DNA of 64,000 nucleotides from an uncultured Candidatus Saccharibacteria bacterium (GTDB taxonomy: Bacteria > Patescibacteriota > Minisyncoccia > Phycocordibacterales > DATGWK01), in contig CAYRZH010000004.1 of assembly GCA_964428845.1 (NCBI GenBank), forward strand, positions 3,228-67,227. The letters run 5' to 3'. The notes beneath the pieces are model-generated. The model did no database searches. It saw only the letters and a list, made by a program, of their open reading frames with translations, and had not been told where the DNA came from. Positions 20,353 to 30,330 of the stretch are shown here, piece after piece. A program made the translations under genes and the position numbers. The stretch's first letter is position 1. The number at the start of each line of letters is the position of its first letter.

Positions 20353-20423
20353 CTGCGGGACTTGGAATCGAACCAAAATTTTCGCTTTCAGAGAGCGACG
20401 TCCTACCTTTAGACGATCCCGCA
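20353..20423 (-). tRNA. tRNA-Gln(CTG)
   Basis: Acceptor TGCGGGA/TCCCGCA, anticodon loop CTCTGAA, T-arm GGTTCGATTCC. Confidence 0.93.
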
Positions 20424-20625
20424 ATGTTGTAGAGAGTACTTGAAAATGCCTGTTTTTTCAAGCGGAGTATGGGTTTTTCGTTGACTTCTAAGAGGGAGGA
20501 GTTTAAAATTAAACCGTTATCACCAGGAAAAAGCCCGCCTTGGAGTTCCGTCTCTAAGGAGAGCTTTTTCATTTATATTCGACCATTGTTCTTTTTTTGT
20601 CCGCGCGCCGAAATTTTACAAAATC

Positions 20626-22305
20626 TTACTTTCCTTTTTTATCTTTCATATTAACAGCGCCGGCCCCTGCTTTTCCCCTCACCATCGCCGCCTTCAAAAA
20701 TTCTGTGAAAAGTGGGTGGGGTGAAAGGGGTCGAGCGAGAAATTCTGGGTGGAACTGGGTGCCGAGAAAAAACGGGTGAACAGAGCGCGGTAGCTCCACG
20801 ATCTCCATGAGACGTCGATCTGGAGAAATGCCCGAAAATACTAGGCCAGCCGCTTCGAGATCCGCTATAAAATCCGGATTCACCTCATATCTGTGTCTGT
20901 GCCGCTCGGAAACTCTCCGCTGCCCATACGCCTTGCGCGCCACTGTCCCCTCCTTGAGAACAGCTTTGCAAGCACCAAGACGCATAGTGGCCCCGTACTT
21001 CCCCTCAGCCACCACCTCTTTCTGCTCCGGCATGATGTCTATCACCGGATGCTCGCTCTTCGGATCCACCTCTGTAGTATGTGCATCTTTCCACCCCAAA
21101 ACATTTCTCGCGTACTCGATCACCGCAAACTGCATACCGTAGCATAGACCAAAGTATGGGATTTTCTTTTCGCGTGCATATTGTATAGCCTTTATTTTCC
21201 CCAATACCCCACTCTCGCCGAAGCCGCCAGGGACCAGAACACCGTCATATTTATCTAGCTCACTAAGTCGTTTCTTCCCCTCTTCAAAATCCCTCGAAGA
21301 AAGATATGTGAGCTTTGGCCGTGCACCCAGGTGATACGCCGAGAACTTCAAAGCTTCTAGTATCGAAATATATACATCAGAGAGGACGAAGCTTCCAGAA
21401 TTAAAATATTTTCCAACAACAGCAATATTGACCCCCTTCCGCGCGTTTTTCGACTTGCGGACAAATGCTTTCCAGTCCTTGAGATTTGTCACTCGCTTCT
21501 TGTGATTGATATTTAGAGTCTTACAGAGAATCTCTCCTAGATGATCCTTTTCAAAATTTATCGGCACGTCATAAATACTCTCCACGTCCGGGGCAGAGAT
21601 GACCTTATCAGCACGAATATTACAAAATGTGGCAATCTTATCTTTGCGCTTCTGGTCAAGTGGTCTCTCGCTTCTAGCGATGATAACGTCTGCCTGCACA
21701 CCAACACTATTGAGATCACGAGCAGCTGTTTGAGTTGGCTTCGTCTTCATCTCCCCTATCTTTGAAGGTATAGGCAGATAGCTCACCATCACCACTCCCA
21801 CATCCTCTGGATATTTAGATTTCATCATACGAGCCGCCTCCACGAAGATAATATTTTGGTATTCGCCGATAGTGCCCCCGATCTCTATGATCGTCACGTC
21901 GGCCTTGGCCTTCTTGGCGGCGGTCTCAATGCGGCGAATGACCTCGAGGGGGATGTCAGGCACCACCTCCACGTTTTTGCCTTTGTACTCTAGATTGCGC
22001 TCTTTTCTGATGACTTCGAGATAGACGCGGCCAGTAGTCATGTAGTTGACCCGCGAGAGCGACTGGTCGAGGAAACGCTCGTAGTTGCCCATGTCCTGAT
22101 CTGTCTCGTCTCCATCATCAAGCACAAAAACCTCTCCATGCTCGGTCGGGTTCATCGTCCCGGCATCCACGTTTATATACGGGTCAATTTTTAGCGCGGT
22201 GACCCGTAGGCCCCGCGCTTTTAAAATGAGAGCGATCGAAGACGATGCTACCCCTTTTCCGACTCCCGACATTACTCCACCAGTCACGAATATGTATTTG
22301 CGCAT
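20626..22305 (-). CDS. pyrG: CTP synthase
   Basis: YIFVTGGVMSGVGKG, KIDPYINVDAGTM, GLCYGMQ, QFHPE. Confidence 0.97.
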   Translation of the reverse strand: MRKYIFVTGGVMSGVGKGVASSSIALILKARGLRVTALKIDPYINVDAGTMNPTEHGEVFVLDDGDETDQDMGNYERFLDQSLSRVNYMTTGRVYLEVIRKERNLEYKGKNVEVVPDIPLEVIRRIETAAKKAKADVTIIEIGGTIGEYQNIIFVEAARMMKSKYPEDVGVVMVSYLPIPSKIGEMKTKPTQTAARDLNSVGVQADVIIARSERPLDQKRKDKIATFCNIRADKVISAPDVESIYDVPINFEKDHLGEILCKTLNINHKKRVTNLKDWKAFVRKSKNARKGVNIAVVGKYFNSGSFVLSDVYISILEALKFSAYHLGARPKLTYLSSRDFEEGKKRLSELDKYDGVLVPGGFGESGVLGKIKAIQYAREKKIPYFGLCYGMQFAVIEYARNVLGWKDAHTTEVDPKSEHPVIDIMPEQKEVVAEGKYGATMRLGACKAVLKEGTVARKAYGQRRVSERHRHRYEVNPDFIADLEAAGLVFSGISPDRRLMEIVELPRSVHPFFLGTQFHPEFLARPLSPHPLFTEFLKAAMVRGKAGAGAVNMKDKKGK

Positions 22306-22315
22306 CTTCTTCTAA

Positions 22316-23242
22316 TTAGGTTTTAAGGTATTTGCGTACGGCCAGATAGCTTGATATGGCACCGATTACTATCCCAGAACCCACGATCACCAAGAAAAGC
22401 TGGCCAAAGTTTGAAGTGTAGTATTCGAAAAGATTGATACCTATAAAAAAGTTGTCGCTATAGCGCCCGAGCCAGTAAATCAGAGGATAGAAAATGATAA
22501 GAGTGAGAATACCGGCGGCCGCCCCATAGAGAATTCCAGCGATCACAAATGGCCCCCTGACATAGATAGCGCTCGCCCCGACCAGACGCATGACCGAGAT
22601 CTCTTCGCGGGAGATATATATTACGAGGCGAATAGTATTGAAGGTAATGAGAATTGAAATAATTACAAAAATAATACTCGCGATGAAGCCGAGCCGCTCG
22701 GCCGAAGAGATAATTTTTGTGAGCTTATCGATCGCAACTTTGTTTTGGAAATAGTTGACTTTGTCTATAATCGGCGTTCCAGCACTTGAGAGAAAATTCT
22801 TGCTTTCAAGAAACTTAGCAATACCCTCATATTGCGATGGCTCCTTTGTCTTTACGTTAAGTGATGCTCCAAGCGGATTTTGATCAAGCTCGTCTAGAGC
22901 TTGAAGTGTAAACTGGTCATTTTCGTGTTTTTTCCTGAAATCAATTAGGGCTTGTTCTTGAGATGTGTAATTTACTTCCCTCACTTCGGGTAGCGACTCG
23001 AGAGCATTTTTCACCTCCATGATCTCCTGCTCTGGCACTTCTCCGACAAAATATACGTTCAAATCAACTTTGTTTTTGAGCTCGTTTAGAGTGGCGTTCA
23101 GTATGATGCTTCCGAAAATTACACTACCGATCACAGCCAGAGTAACAACCATGACAAAAACCGATGAAAGTGATACCGAACCATTCCTCACAAAACTGAA
23201 GAATCCAGCACGCATCACTCTTTTTAGATTTGTGGCAAGCAT
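22316..23242 (-). CDS. ftsX: Cell division permease FtsX
   Basis: 4-TM layout; NTIRLVIYISREEISVMRLVGAS..VRGPF. Confidence 0.92.
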   Translation of the reverse strand: MLATNLKRVMRAGFFSFVRNGSVSLSSVFVMVVTLAVIGSVIFGSIILNATLNELKNKVDLNVYFVGEVPEQEIMEVKNALESLPEVREVNYTSQEQALIDFRKKHENDQFTLQALDELDQNPLGASLNVKTKEPSQYEGIAKFLESKNFLSSAGTPIIDKVNYFQNKVAIDKLTKIISSAERLGFIASIIFVIISILITFNTIRLVIYISREEISVMRLVGASAIYVRGPFVIAGILYGAAAGILTLIIFYPLIYWLGRYSDNFFIGINLFEYYTSNFGQLFLVIVGSGIVIGAISSYLAVRKYLKT

Positions 23243-23248
23243 ATTTAC

Positions 23249-23929
23249 TTAGAGTACGTAACGACCTTTCGGATCATCACGAATTATCTTACCATTTTCC
23301 ATGGTAATCACCCTCTTACCAAGCGAATCTATCACTCCTTTGTTGTGTGTTGCAAGAATAACGATAGTGCCAAGGTCATTTATTTTCTTAAGAATCTGAA
23401 CAATATCGTAGGTGTTCTGGGGGTCCAGATTCCCGGTCGGCTCATCGGCGACTATTATATCCGGCTGATTGACGATGGCTCGGGCTATAGCTACGCGCTG
23501 TTTTTCTCCACCAGAGAGTTCGTCTGGAAAGCTCCACACTTTTTTCTCGAGATCAACTAACCCCAAAACATGTGGAACGTCTGATTTTATCTCATCCTCG
23601 GAGCGACCGGCGACCTCCATAGCAAAAGAAATGTTCTCGTAGACAGTCTTTTTTGGTATTAGCCGAAAATCCTGGAAAACAACACCTATCTTCCTGCGGA
23701 AATTGTTCATTTCCTTGCGACTAAGAGTGTGGATATTTACAGAATTTAGGCAAACTTTTCCCTTCGTGGGCTTTTCTTCAGCAAGGAGCATTTTGATAAG
23801 CGTAGTCTTGCCAGCACCAGAGTGACCGACGACAGAAACAAACTCCTCTGGCTCTACGGAGAACGAGACGTTGCTTAGACCAATAGATTCATCAGGATAT
23901 ATTTTTGATACTTTGTCGTAGTGAATCAT
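23249..23929 (-). CDS. ftsE: Cell division ATP-binding protein FtsE
   Basis: GHSGAGKTT, GVVFQDFRL, LSGGEKQR, ADEPTGNLD; upstream of ftsX; start placed at MIHYDKV. Confidence 0.92.
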   Translation of the reverse strand: MIHYDKVSKIYPDESIGLSNVSFSVEPEEFVSVVGHSGAGKTTLIKMLLAEEKPTKGKVCLNSVNIHTLSRKEMNNFRRKIGVVFQDFRLIPKKTVYENISFAMEVAGRSEDEIKSDVPHVLGLVDLEKKVWSFPDELSGGEKQRVAIARAIVNQPDIIVADEPTGNLDPQNTYDIVQILKKINDLGTIVILATHNKGVIDSLGKRVITMENGKIIRDDPKGRYVL

Positions 23930-24005
23930 AACAACTAAAAAGCAGCTACTTTTGAAATTAGTATAACACACGGAAGTACCCGCCAAAGCCTCAGCACGAT
24001 GGTTC

Positions 24006-24893
24006 CTAGAGTTTTTTCTCCGCCTCAATAAAAAGATCCAGATCCCCTTCCAATACATCATCAATTTTCGCTGTCTCTGCCTCCGTCCGATGGTCTTTTA
24101 CCATTTTATACGGATGCATCACATATGATCGGATCTGACTTCCCCATTCATTGCTAGTGGTTTTGCTGATATACATCCCCTTTTCCTTCGAGATTCGCTC
24201 ATCTTCAAGTGCACGGAAGATCTTACCGCGCAGTATTTGCAGAGCTTTTTCTTTATTTTGCGCCTGGGAGCGCTCGTTTTCAGAATGAGCGGCAAAATTG
24301 GTTGGAATATGGACCACACGGACCGCCGTCTCGCGTTTATTTACATTTTGCCCGCCAGGACCGCTCGAGCGCGAGAATTCGTAGCGAAGTTCGGTCTCGG
24401 GAATGTCAAGCTCGGTCACTTTTTCAAACTTCGGTATGACTTCAACCATCGAAAACGACGTATGGCGAAGTTTTTTGGCACTAAACGGCGACACCCGGAC
24501 CAGACGGTGGACACCAGACTCATTTTTTAAGGTTCCATAGACATTTTTCCCAGAAATTTCAATCGTGACGTTGCGGTAGCCGCCGTGATCATTTTCGTTT
24601 TTATGGATAACGCTCACCGACCAGCCCCTTTTGGAAATATATTTTAGATACATCGAGAGCAAAATATGCGAAAAATCCTCGGCATCATCGCCACCGGCAC
24701 CAGAAAAGATGGTCATAATGGCGTCATTTTTGTCGTATGGTCCGCCGCCATCCTTGCGTGTCCGCAACTCTTCGAGCTCTTTTATGACAGCTTGGGCACG
24801 GTTTTTGTCAGTCCAAAAGTCAACAGAGGTCATCTGTTGCTCGAGTTCCTGTATTTTTTGGCCTATTTCCTCGATACTTTCGCTTTTCATCAT
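24006..24893 (-). CDS. prfB: Peptide chain release factor 2 (short N-terminal domain)
   Basis: SPF motif (RVSPFS), GPGGQNVNK, WGSQIRSYV. Confidence 0.9.
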   Translation of the reverse strand: MMKSESIEEIGQKIQELEQQMTSVDFWTDKNRAQAVIKELEELRTRKDGGGPYDKNDAIMTIFSGAGGDDAEDFSHILLSMYLKYISKRGWSVSVIHKNENDHGGYRNVTIEISGKNVYGTLKNESGVHRLVRVSPFSAKKLRHTSFSMVEVIPKFEKVTELDIPETELRYEFSRSSGPGGQNVNKRETAVRVVHIPTNFAAHSENERSQAQNKEKALQILRGKIFRALEDERISKEKGMYISKTTSNEWGSQIRSYVMHPYKMVKDHRTEAETAKIDDVLEGDLDLFIEAEKKL

Positions 24894-25002
24894 ACAAGTA
24901 TAGCAAAGTGTGCCGCCTTCTACTCAACAAAATCCTGACAAACACCACGAGAGAACTCTTGGAGGCCGCATAAGTGACTTCCGATTCTTGAGATGTCAGA
25001 TT

Positions 25003-25099
25003 CCCAATAATACCTCGATGAAGTCTTGCGAGCGCGACGGCGCGAGCACGAGGAATTTTTCAGCAGAAAAATATCCGTGCGAAGCGAGGTATTATTGGG
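25003..25099 (+). repeat. Hairpin repeat family copy 1 (constant core, 15-bp copy-specific inverted arms)
   Basis: CCCAATAATACCTCG ... GCGAGCGCGACGGCGCGAGCACGAGGAATTTTTCAGCAGAAAAATATCCGTGCGA ... CGAGGTATTATTGGG. Confidence 0.85.
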
Positions 25100-25113
25100 G
25101 ACCTGACTTAATT

Positions 25114-25186
25114 AGCCACCCCCGAGGATCGGACTCGGGACCCCCACTTTACGAAAGTGGTGCTCTACCAACTGAGCTAGGGTGGC
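25114..25186 (-). tRNA. tRNA-Thr(CGT)
   Basis: GCCACCC acceptor, TAGCTCAGTTGGTAGAGC D-arm, loop TTCGTAA; T-loop reads TCCGATC instead of TTCGATC. Confidence 0.88.
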
Positions 25187-25349
25187 GCAAGTTCAATTTA
25201 AACGATTTTAAGCCCTGTGACAATAAGACATGCGGGGAGCTCAACTATCCAAAACCTCACATAGCCTACTGTTAATAGGTTGCTATATCTTATTGTCGCA
25301 GCACTGCTACAATAAACCCATAGCAGATTAATGAAAAATTGCATAAGTC

Positions 25350-28300
25350 ATGAATGATAAATTTAAAAGTGGTTTAGTGCCACTGTTTCTCGTTACTTTG
25401 TTTCTTTTTGTGGCAGTGTTGGCCGGTTTTTCTGGCTTTTCACTGCCGTCCGGCGGACCGGACATCACCGGCCAGGTGATCACGTCACAGCAACCGGCAG
25501 CACCCACTATTCGTCCCGGCTCTGGGTGGTCTGGTCTGACTCCAACTCCCGCAGCCAGGGGCAATGGCCCAACCCCGATCGCGAGGTGGGATGTGGTCCC
25601 ATACCAAACTATCACGGGAAAATTTGGAATCGGAATCCCAGCCTTTCATATAAACGGCATTGAAAGAGTCGATTTTGCCGTCAATGGCGGCAATTGGGTA
25701 TCAGTAAATCAGATGACCAAAAACCCCTATTCTGGAGGGGTGGTTGAATATTGGGTTGAGATTGATGCAAATGACTTCCCTGTGGACGGTCCTGTAGAAA
25801 TACGTGCGACAGTCATCCCAAGCTCTGGCACTCCGATAGTCTTCCAAGGCAATGATCTTACCGAAGAGACAACCCATGGTGTACACTCAATGTTTATAAA
25901 CACCAACTCTCGTGGCACTCTCCCATCCCACACGAGATATGTCGACCCGGTCAGAGGTAATGACTCTACGGGCGACGGCACTGAAAACAACCCATTTAAG
26001 TCTATAGTCGCCGCTGCGGCTGATATAACGACTGACAGTGGTTCAAGCGACGGCGGTATTGTCTACTTGAAAGCCGGCGAATATTTCTGGGGAACAGAAG
26101 GAACTACCCCGAGAATTATTACCAACAACAGATGGCTCACGATCAAACCAGCTCCAGGACTCACAAAAAATCAGGTGAAAATAACTGATACCTCATCAGG
26201 AGGGCTCAAAACAAAATTCGTAAAGATCGAAGATGTCCACGTACACAACACTATTGTCGGGTCTGCTGGTGCAACAAACGTCTGGGCAGACAATGTTCTC
26301 TTCACCGGGAATGACTTGTCTAGTTTCGAGTTCCCTCTAAGAAATTCGGACTGGAATCTCATATACGGTACAAACAATAAATACTCGATGATGCGTCGCG
26401 CGATTGGAGGCTACACCCTCGGAAGAAATCTGACTGTAGACCACATCGGCGGCGATATGTTCAAAACCCCTTACGCGCTCATAAACGTAACTGGTTCAAA
26501 TCTTATTGATGCCAACCCAAACCTCGGAGCGGCAGAAGGAGACATTCATAGAGATGTCGTGCAGATACAGAGTCCACCAAAGAGATGGCTTATCTATGGA
26601 CTTACTGCTACAAAAAATATCTCTGGACAAGACTTCTTCGCAACCTGCGGAGCCGGAAGAGAGGGATGCAATTTCAAAGATGTTGCGTTTGTCAACTACA
26701 TGGTGAATTCAAAAAGTCTTGTTGCTGGTAAATGGAATATAGCTGGAGACCACCTACTCTTATGGAATATGTTTCATGGCTCTACACTATCCTTCCCTAG
26801 CCATGAGGAAGGCAGGCCAAAAATACTGACCAACCTAAGTATTAGAAATAGTGTGTTTGGGGCTTTGAGTGGGTTCAACCCAGTGTATTGGAATATAAAC
26901 AACGGTGGCAACTTTGCCATAGACAACCACTACATCAGCGGCCGAAATGTCTACGGTATCAACTACACGACCGGCGGATCGCTTGCTGAAATCTTTACCA
27001 AGTACACCACCTTCGATGCTCCAGATAACGACTTCCACCCTAAACCAGGCTCTGTTCTAGTGAACGCTAACCGCCCTCTAGCAGCTGCGCGGCAAGTTCT
27101 AGCTGACCGAGAGTGGACTCCTGTCCCTGCCGGTCCAACCATGGCCATTGGGCCGCTACAGGCACGTGGCACAGCTCCACTTCCAGAGCCAGAACCAAAC
27201 CCAATAACTGAACCAGACCCAACCGACCCAATCATTCCTGATCCGGGAGAAGAATACGACCCTGCCCCGCCGCCTGAAGTCATAGAGATTGGTTCTCAGG
27301 TAATAACCCAGGAGGGGATCCGAGTTAGAGCAGCTCCGTCCACAAACGCAACAATTGTAGGCAACCAAGGAAGAGCCTCTATCGGTATCGTGACCGATGG
27401 ACCAACTTCAGCCAATGGAGAGAGATGGTGGAAAGTTGATTTCCAAAACGAAATTGACGGATGGGGCCCCGAAACTTCTTTGGTTGTTTATGACCCACCA
27501 TCATCATCACAAGGACCTACATCTCCTGTCACTTCCCTACCAACCAATCTGCCATATATGGGAGGCGGACAACCTACCGGAAGGGTCTTCTATGTAGATC
27601 CTAGGACAGGATCGATGAATAACAACGGAAGCGAGGCTAGACCTTGGAGTACAATCCAAGAGGTTATTGCCGCTAAAAAAATTCAATCCAAAGACAAGAA
27701 CGGTGCAACGGTAAACCCTAACGGGCCAGTAAAATCTGGAGACACCATCTACCTTCGAAATGGCAACCATGGAGGCATAAGGCTAGGACGATATTTCAAC
27801 GACAACTACATCACTATCGCTGCCGAGCCAGGACATATTCCGGTCGTAGACTACATAAGCCTGACTGGCGGCAAAAATTGGGAATTCCGAGGCTTGAAGG
27901 TTTTGGGAAATCCTCGAAATCCTGCTCCAAAGAAACACCTGGTAACAGTCAGAGGATACACTTCAACCGGCCCGGCTTCAAATGTAAAAATTATTGGTAA
28001 TGATATTCGAAGTGTGGAGGATGCCTCTACCCTGACTCTGCAGGATTGGCTAAATAGGCCGGCAGGTATTCAAGTATGGAGATCACCTGGAATAGAAATT
28101 AGAAAAAATCTTATCGAAAGCATTGACGTCGGCATCGGCGGCATAAGCGATGGCGCTATCGTCTCTGAGAACTGGGTCAATGCCTTCGCCCACGATGGTT
28201 TGCGCGGTGGTGGCAGTAATATTCTCATAGAGAATAATCGAATCACAAACTCTATTAATAACGGAAATAGTTTCCATAGAGACCTGATTCAGTTCTTCGG

Positions 28301-30107
28301 CGTAGGTGGCGGCAGAGGCCCTGGATGTTTCTGCAACAACGTTATTTTCCGCAACAATTTCCTTGCCAATAACACCGGTCCATTCAACAGAGCCTTCCAG
28401 GGTCGCCTCCAGGGAGTTGGACTCTTCAACGGCCCATATGCCAACTGGACGATCGAGAATAACGTCATCTTGGGTGTTGGAAGTAACGGAATCAGTAGCG
28501 AGAGATCGAGTGGTTTTAAAGTAATCAACAATACGCTTATCGGCAGACAGTACGGTTCCTCCGTAATCGTTCCTGGTCAAATGAATAAAACCGGAATCCG
28601 TCTTGATAACAACAGTAGCAACATCGTCAGCAACAACATTGGTAGCATATCCCAGACTCTTGTAAACAAATATCCAGGGATGAAGAACATTTCGGTCTCC
28701 ACAGAAGCGGCGGCCGACAGATACTTCGCAAATTGGAGGGCTCAAGACCTCCGTCTAAAATCTGGCAGTCCTGCCATAAACGCTGGCCTTGCGACATATG
28801 CCCCTCCTCGTGACATTACTGGATCATCTCGAGACTCTCGCCCAGACGTTGGCGCCTATGAATATCCTGGGGGTGAAAACCTTCCCGTACCTACTGAACC
28901 GCCGCCTACCCAAGAGCCAACACCCCCAACAACTCCTAACCCAACAGTTCCACCAACCACCACAGTTCCTCCTACAGGCCAGATTTCTCTCGGATCGACA
29001 GTGGAGATAACAGAAAAGATTCGTGTGAGAGCCGAGCCTAATGGTGCAAGAATTGGTATTCAGAATAAGGGAGCTTTGGGTGTGATTGCTGAAGGACCGA
29101 AGACCGTAGGTGAATTCAACTGGTGGAGAGTTGACTACAAAGAGGGTGTAGATGGTTGGAGCGCGGACAAGTTCTTCATCCTAAAATCTTCACCATCAGG
29201 ACCTGGAACACCAACAACACCACCGACAACTCCTACGACCCCTCCTACTACAGGAGTTACTAACCCAACTCCTCCCGGAGGAACAGTCAGTACAGAGCCT
29301 GTCGGACCCGCTATACCTATCACCTCCCCTACTCTAGGCACTACACCTACAGTCACTGCACCTAGCGCCGGCCTCTCAATGCATTTCAAGTTTGATGGCA
29401 GTATAGCTGATTCTATAAAAGGGGTCTTGGGAATATCAGAAGGGGCACTTTCCTACACCGACGGTAAGATCGGCCAGGCAGTAATACTTAACGGTTCAAA
29501 CAATGCCATAACCCTAGGAAACAAAACTCTGAACGATTTGGGCATCGGGAACCAATTCACAATCTCTGCTTGGATTTTGTCGGATGACGCATCGAAGAAT
29601 CGAGCATCTGTGTTTACTAAAGGTGCCATCGGTGCAGGTGCAGACAATGCATCCATTGATCTTATAATAGCTTCAGGCGACGCAAGACTTCGAGTAAGCA
29701 ATGGCACAACTGTTGTTACCGCCCCTTCCAACTCTTCAAATAGGATAATCTCAAACACCTGGTATCTTGTTACCGGCACGTTCAATGGGAACACTGGAAC
29801 AGCTAAACTCTACCAAAACGGAGTAAAGATCAAGGAATCTACCGAAGCTTCAGTGGCTATGCCAAACGACTCAAGTTCGGTTCTGGCTACAGGTATAGGT
29901 GTTAGCGCCGGAAACGACAAGGCATACTTCAAGGGAAAGATCGATGATCTGCGCATCTACAATAGAGTTCTTTCTGATTCGGAAATAAAGGGTCTCTATG
30001 ATGGCAGTGTGCTTGGCGCCGAAGATCGCAGAGGTTCATACTTCGCAGCTGTAGCTAAGGGAATAAATAACTTCTTCGCTTGGTTTGTTGGTTTGTTTGA
30101 AAACTAA
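25350..30107 (+). CDS. Large secreted/surface protein: two beta-helix (pectin-lyase-like) modules, two SH3b-like repeats, Pro/Thr linkers, C-terminal LamG/ConA domain
   Basis: N-terminal TM; YVDP..G starts; Asn-ladder repeats; IRVRA..WWKVDF/WWRVDY; FTISAWI..WYLVTGTFNG..FKGKIDDLRIYNRVLS. Confidence 0.8.
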   Translation: MNDKFKSGLVPLFLVTLFLFVAVLAGFSGFSLPSGGPDITGQVITSQQPAAPTIRPGSGWSGLTPTPAARGNGPTPIARWDVVPYQTITGKFGIGIPAFHINGIERVDFAVNGGNWVSVNQMTKNPYSGGVVEYWVEIDANDFPVDGPVEIRATVIPSSGTPIVFQGNDLTEETTHGVHSMFINTNSRGTLPSHTRYVDPVRGNDSTGDGTENNPFKSIVAAAADITTDSGSSDGGIVYLKAGEYFWGTEGTTPRIITNNRWLTIKPAPGLTKNQVKITDTSSGGLKTKFVKIEDVHVHNTIVGSAGATNVWADNVLFTGNDLSSFEFPLRNSDWNLIYGTNNKYSMMRRAIGGYTLGRNLTVDHIGGDMFKTPYALINVTGSNLIDANPNLGAAEGDIHRDVVQIQSPPKRWLIYGLTATKNISGQDFFATCGAGREGCNFKDVAFVNYMVNSKSLVAGKWNIAGDHLLLWNMFHGSTLSFPSHEEGRPKILTNLSIRNSVFGALSGFNPVYWNINNGGNFAIDNHYISGRNVYGINYTTGGSLAEIFTKYTTFDAPDNDFHPKPGSVLVNANRPLAAARQVLADREWTPVPAGPTMAIGPLQARGTAPLPEPEPNPITEPDPTDPIIPDPGEEYDPAPPPEVIEIGSQVITQEGIRVRAAPSTNATIVGNQGRASIGIVTDGPTSANGERWWKVDFQNEIDGWGPETSLVVYDPPSSSQGPTSPVTSLPTNLPYMGGGQPTGRVFYVDPRTGSMNNNGSEARPWSTIQEVIAAKKIQSKDKNGATVNPNGPVKSGDTIYLRNGNHGGIRLGRYFNDNYITIAAEPGHIPVVDYISLTGGKNWEFRGLKVLGNPRNPAPKKHLVTVRGYTSTGPASNVKIIGNDIRSVEDASTLTLQDWLNRPAGIQVWRSPGIEIRKNLIESIDVGIGGISDGAIVSENWVNAFAHDGLRGGGSNILIENNRITNSINNGNSFHRDLIQFFGVGGGRGPGCFCNNVIFRNNFLANNTGPFNRAFQGRLQGVGLFNGPYANWTIENNVILGVGSNGISSERSSGFKVINNTLIGRQYGSSVIVPGQMNKTGIRLDNNSSNIVSNNIGSISQTLVNKYPGMKNISVSTEAAADRYFANWRAQDLRLKSGSPAINAGLATYAPPRDITGSSRDSRPDVGAYEYPGGENLPVPTEPPPTQEPTPPTTPNPTVPPTTTVPPTGQISLGSTVEITEKIRVRAEPNGARIGIQNKGALGVIAEGPKTVGEFNWWRVDYKEGVDGWSADKFFILKSSPSGPGTPTTPPTTPTTPPTTGVTNPTPPGGTVSTEPVGPAIPITSPTLGTTPTVTAPSAGLSMHFKFDGSIADSIKGVLGISEGALSYTDGKIGQAVILNGSNNAITLGNKTLNDLGIGNQFTISAWILSDDASKNRASVFTKGAIGAGADNASIDLIIASGDARLRVSNGTTVVTAPSNSSNRIISNTWYLVTGTFNGNTGTAKLYQNGVKIKESTEASVAMPNDSSSVLATGIGVSAGNDKAYFKGKIDDLRIYNRVLSDSEIKGLYDGSVLGAEDRRGSYFAAVAKGINNFFAWFVGLFEN

Positions 30108-30190
30108 CCAAAAGATTGAGCTTGGGGAAATTACAAAACAGCGCCTGCGGGCGCTGTTTTGGTTTGCTAGAGAATTCCAACCTCCAAATG

Positions 30191-30263
30191 AGCCAATGAT
30201 CGGGATTGAACCGATGACCTCGCCCTTACCATGGGCGTGCTCTACCAACTGAGCTACATTGGC
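30191..30263 (-). tRNA. tRNA-Thr(GGT)
   Basis: GCCAATG/CATTGGC acceptor, loop ATGGTAA, GGTTCAATCC. Confidence 0.94.
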
Positions 30264-30330
30264 ACTTAAATACGCCCGATGGGCGCACAAACATAATATT
30301 TGATTTATACGAGTTTTGCAAAACGGTTTA

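Noticed and set aside
28880-29370. ACA/CCT-rich low-complexity repeats
   Set aside because: They encode Pro/Thr linkers of the large surface protein.
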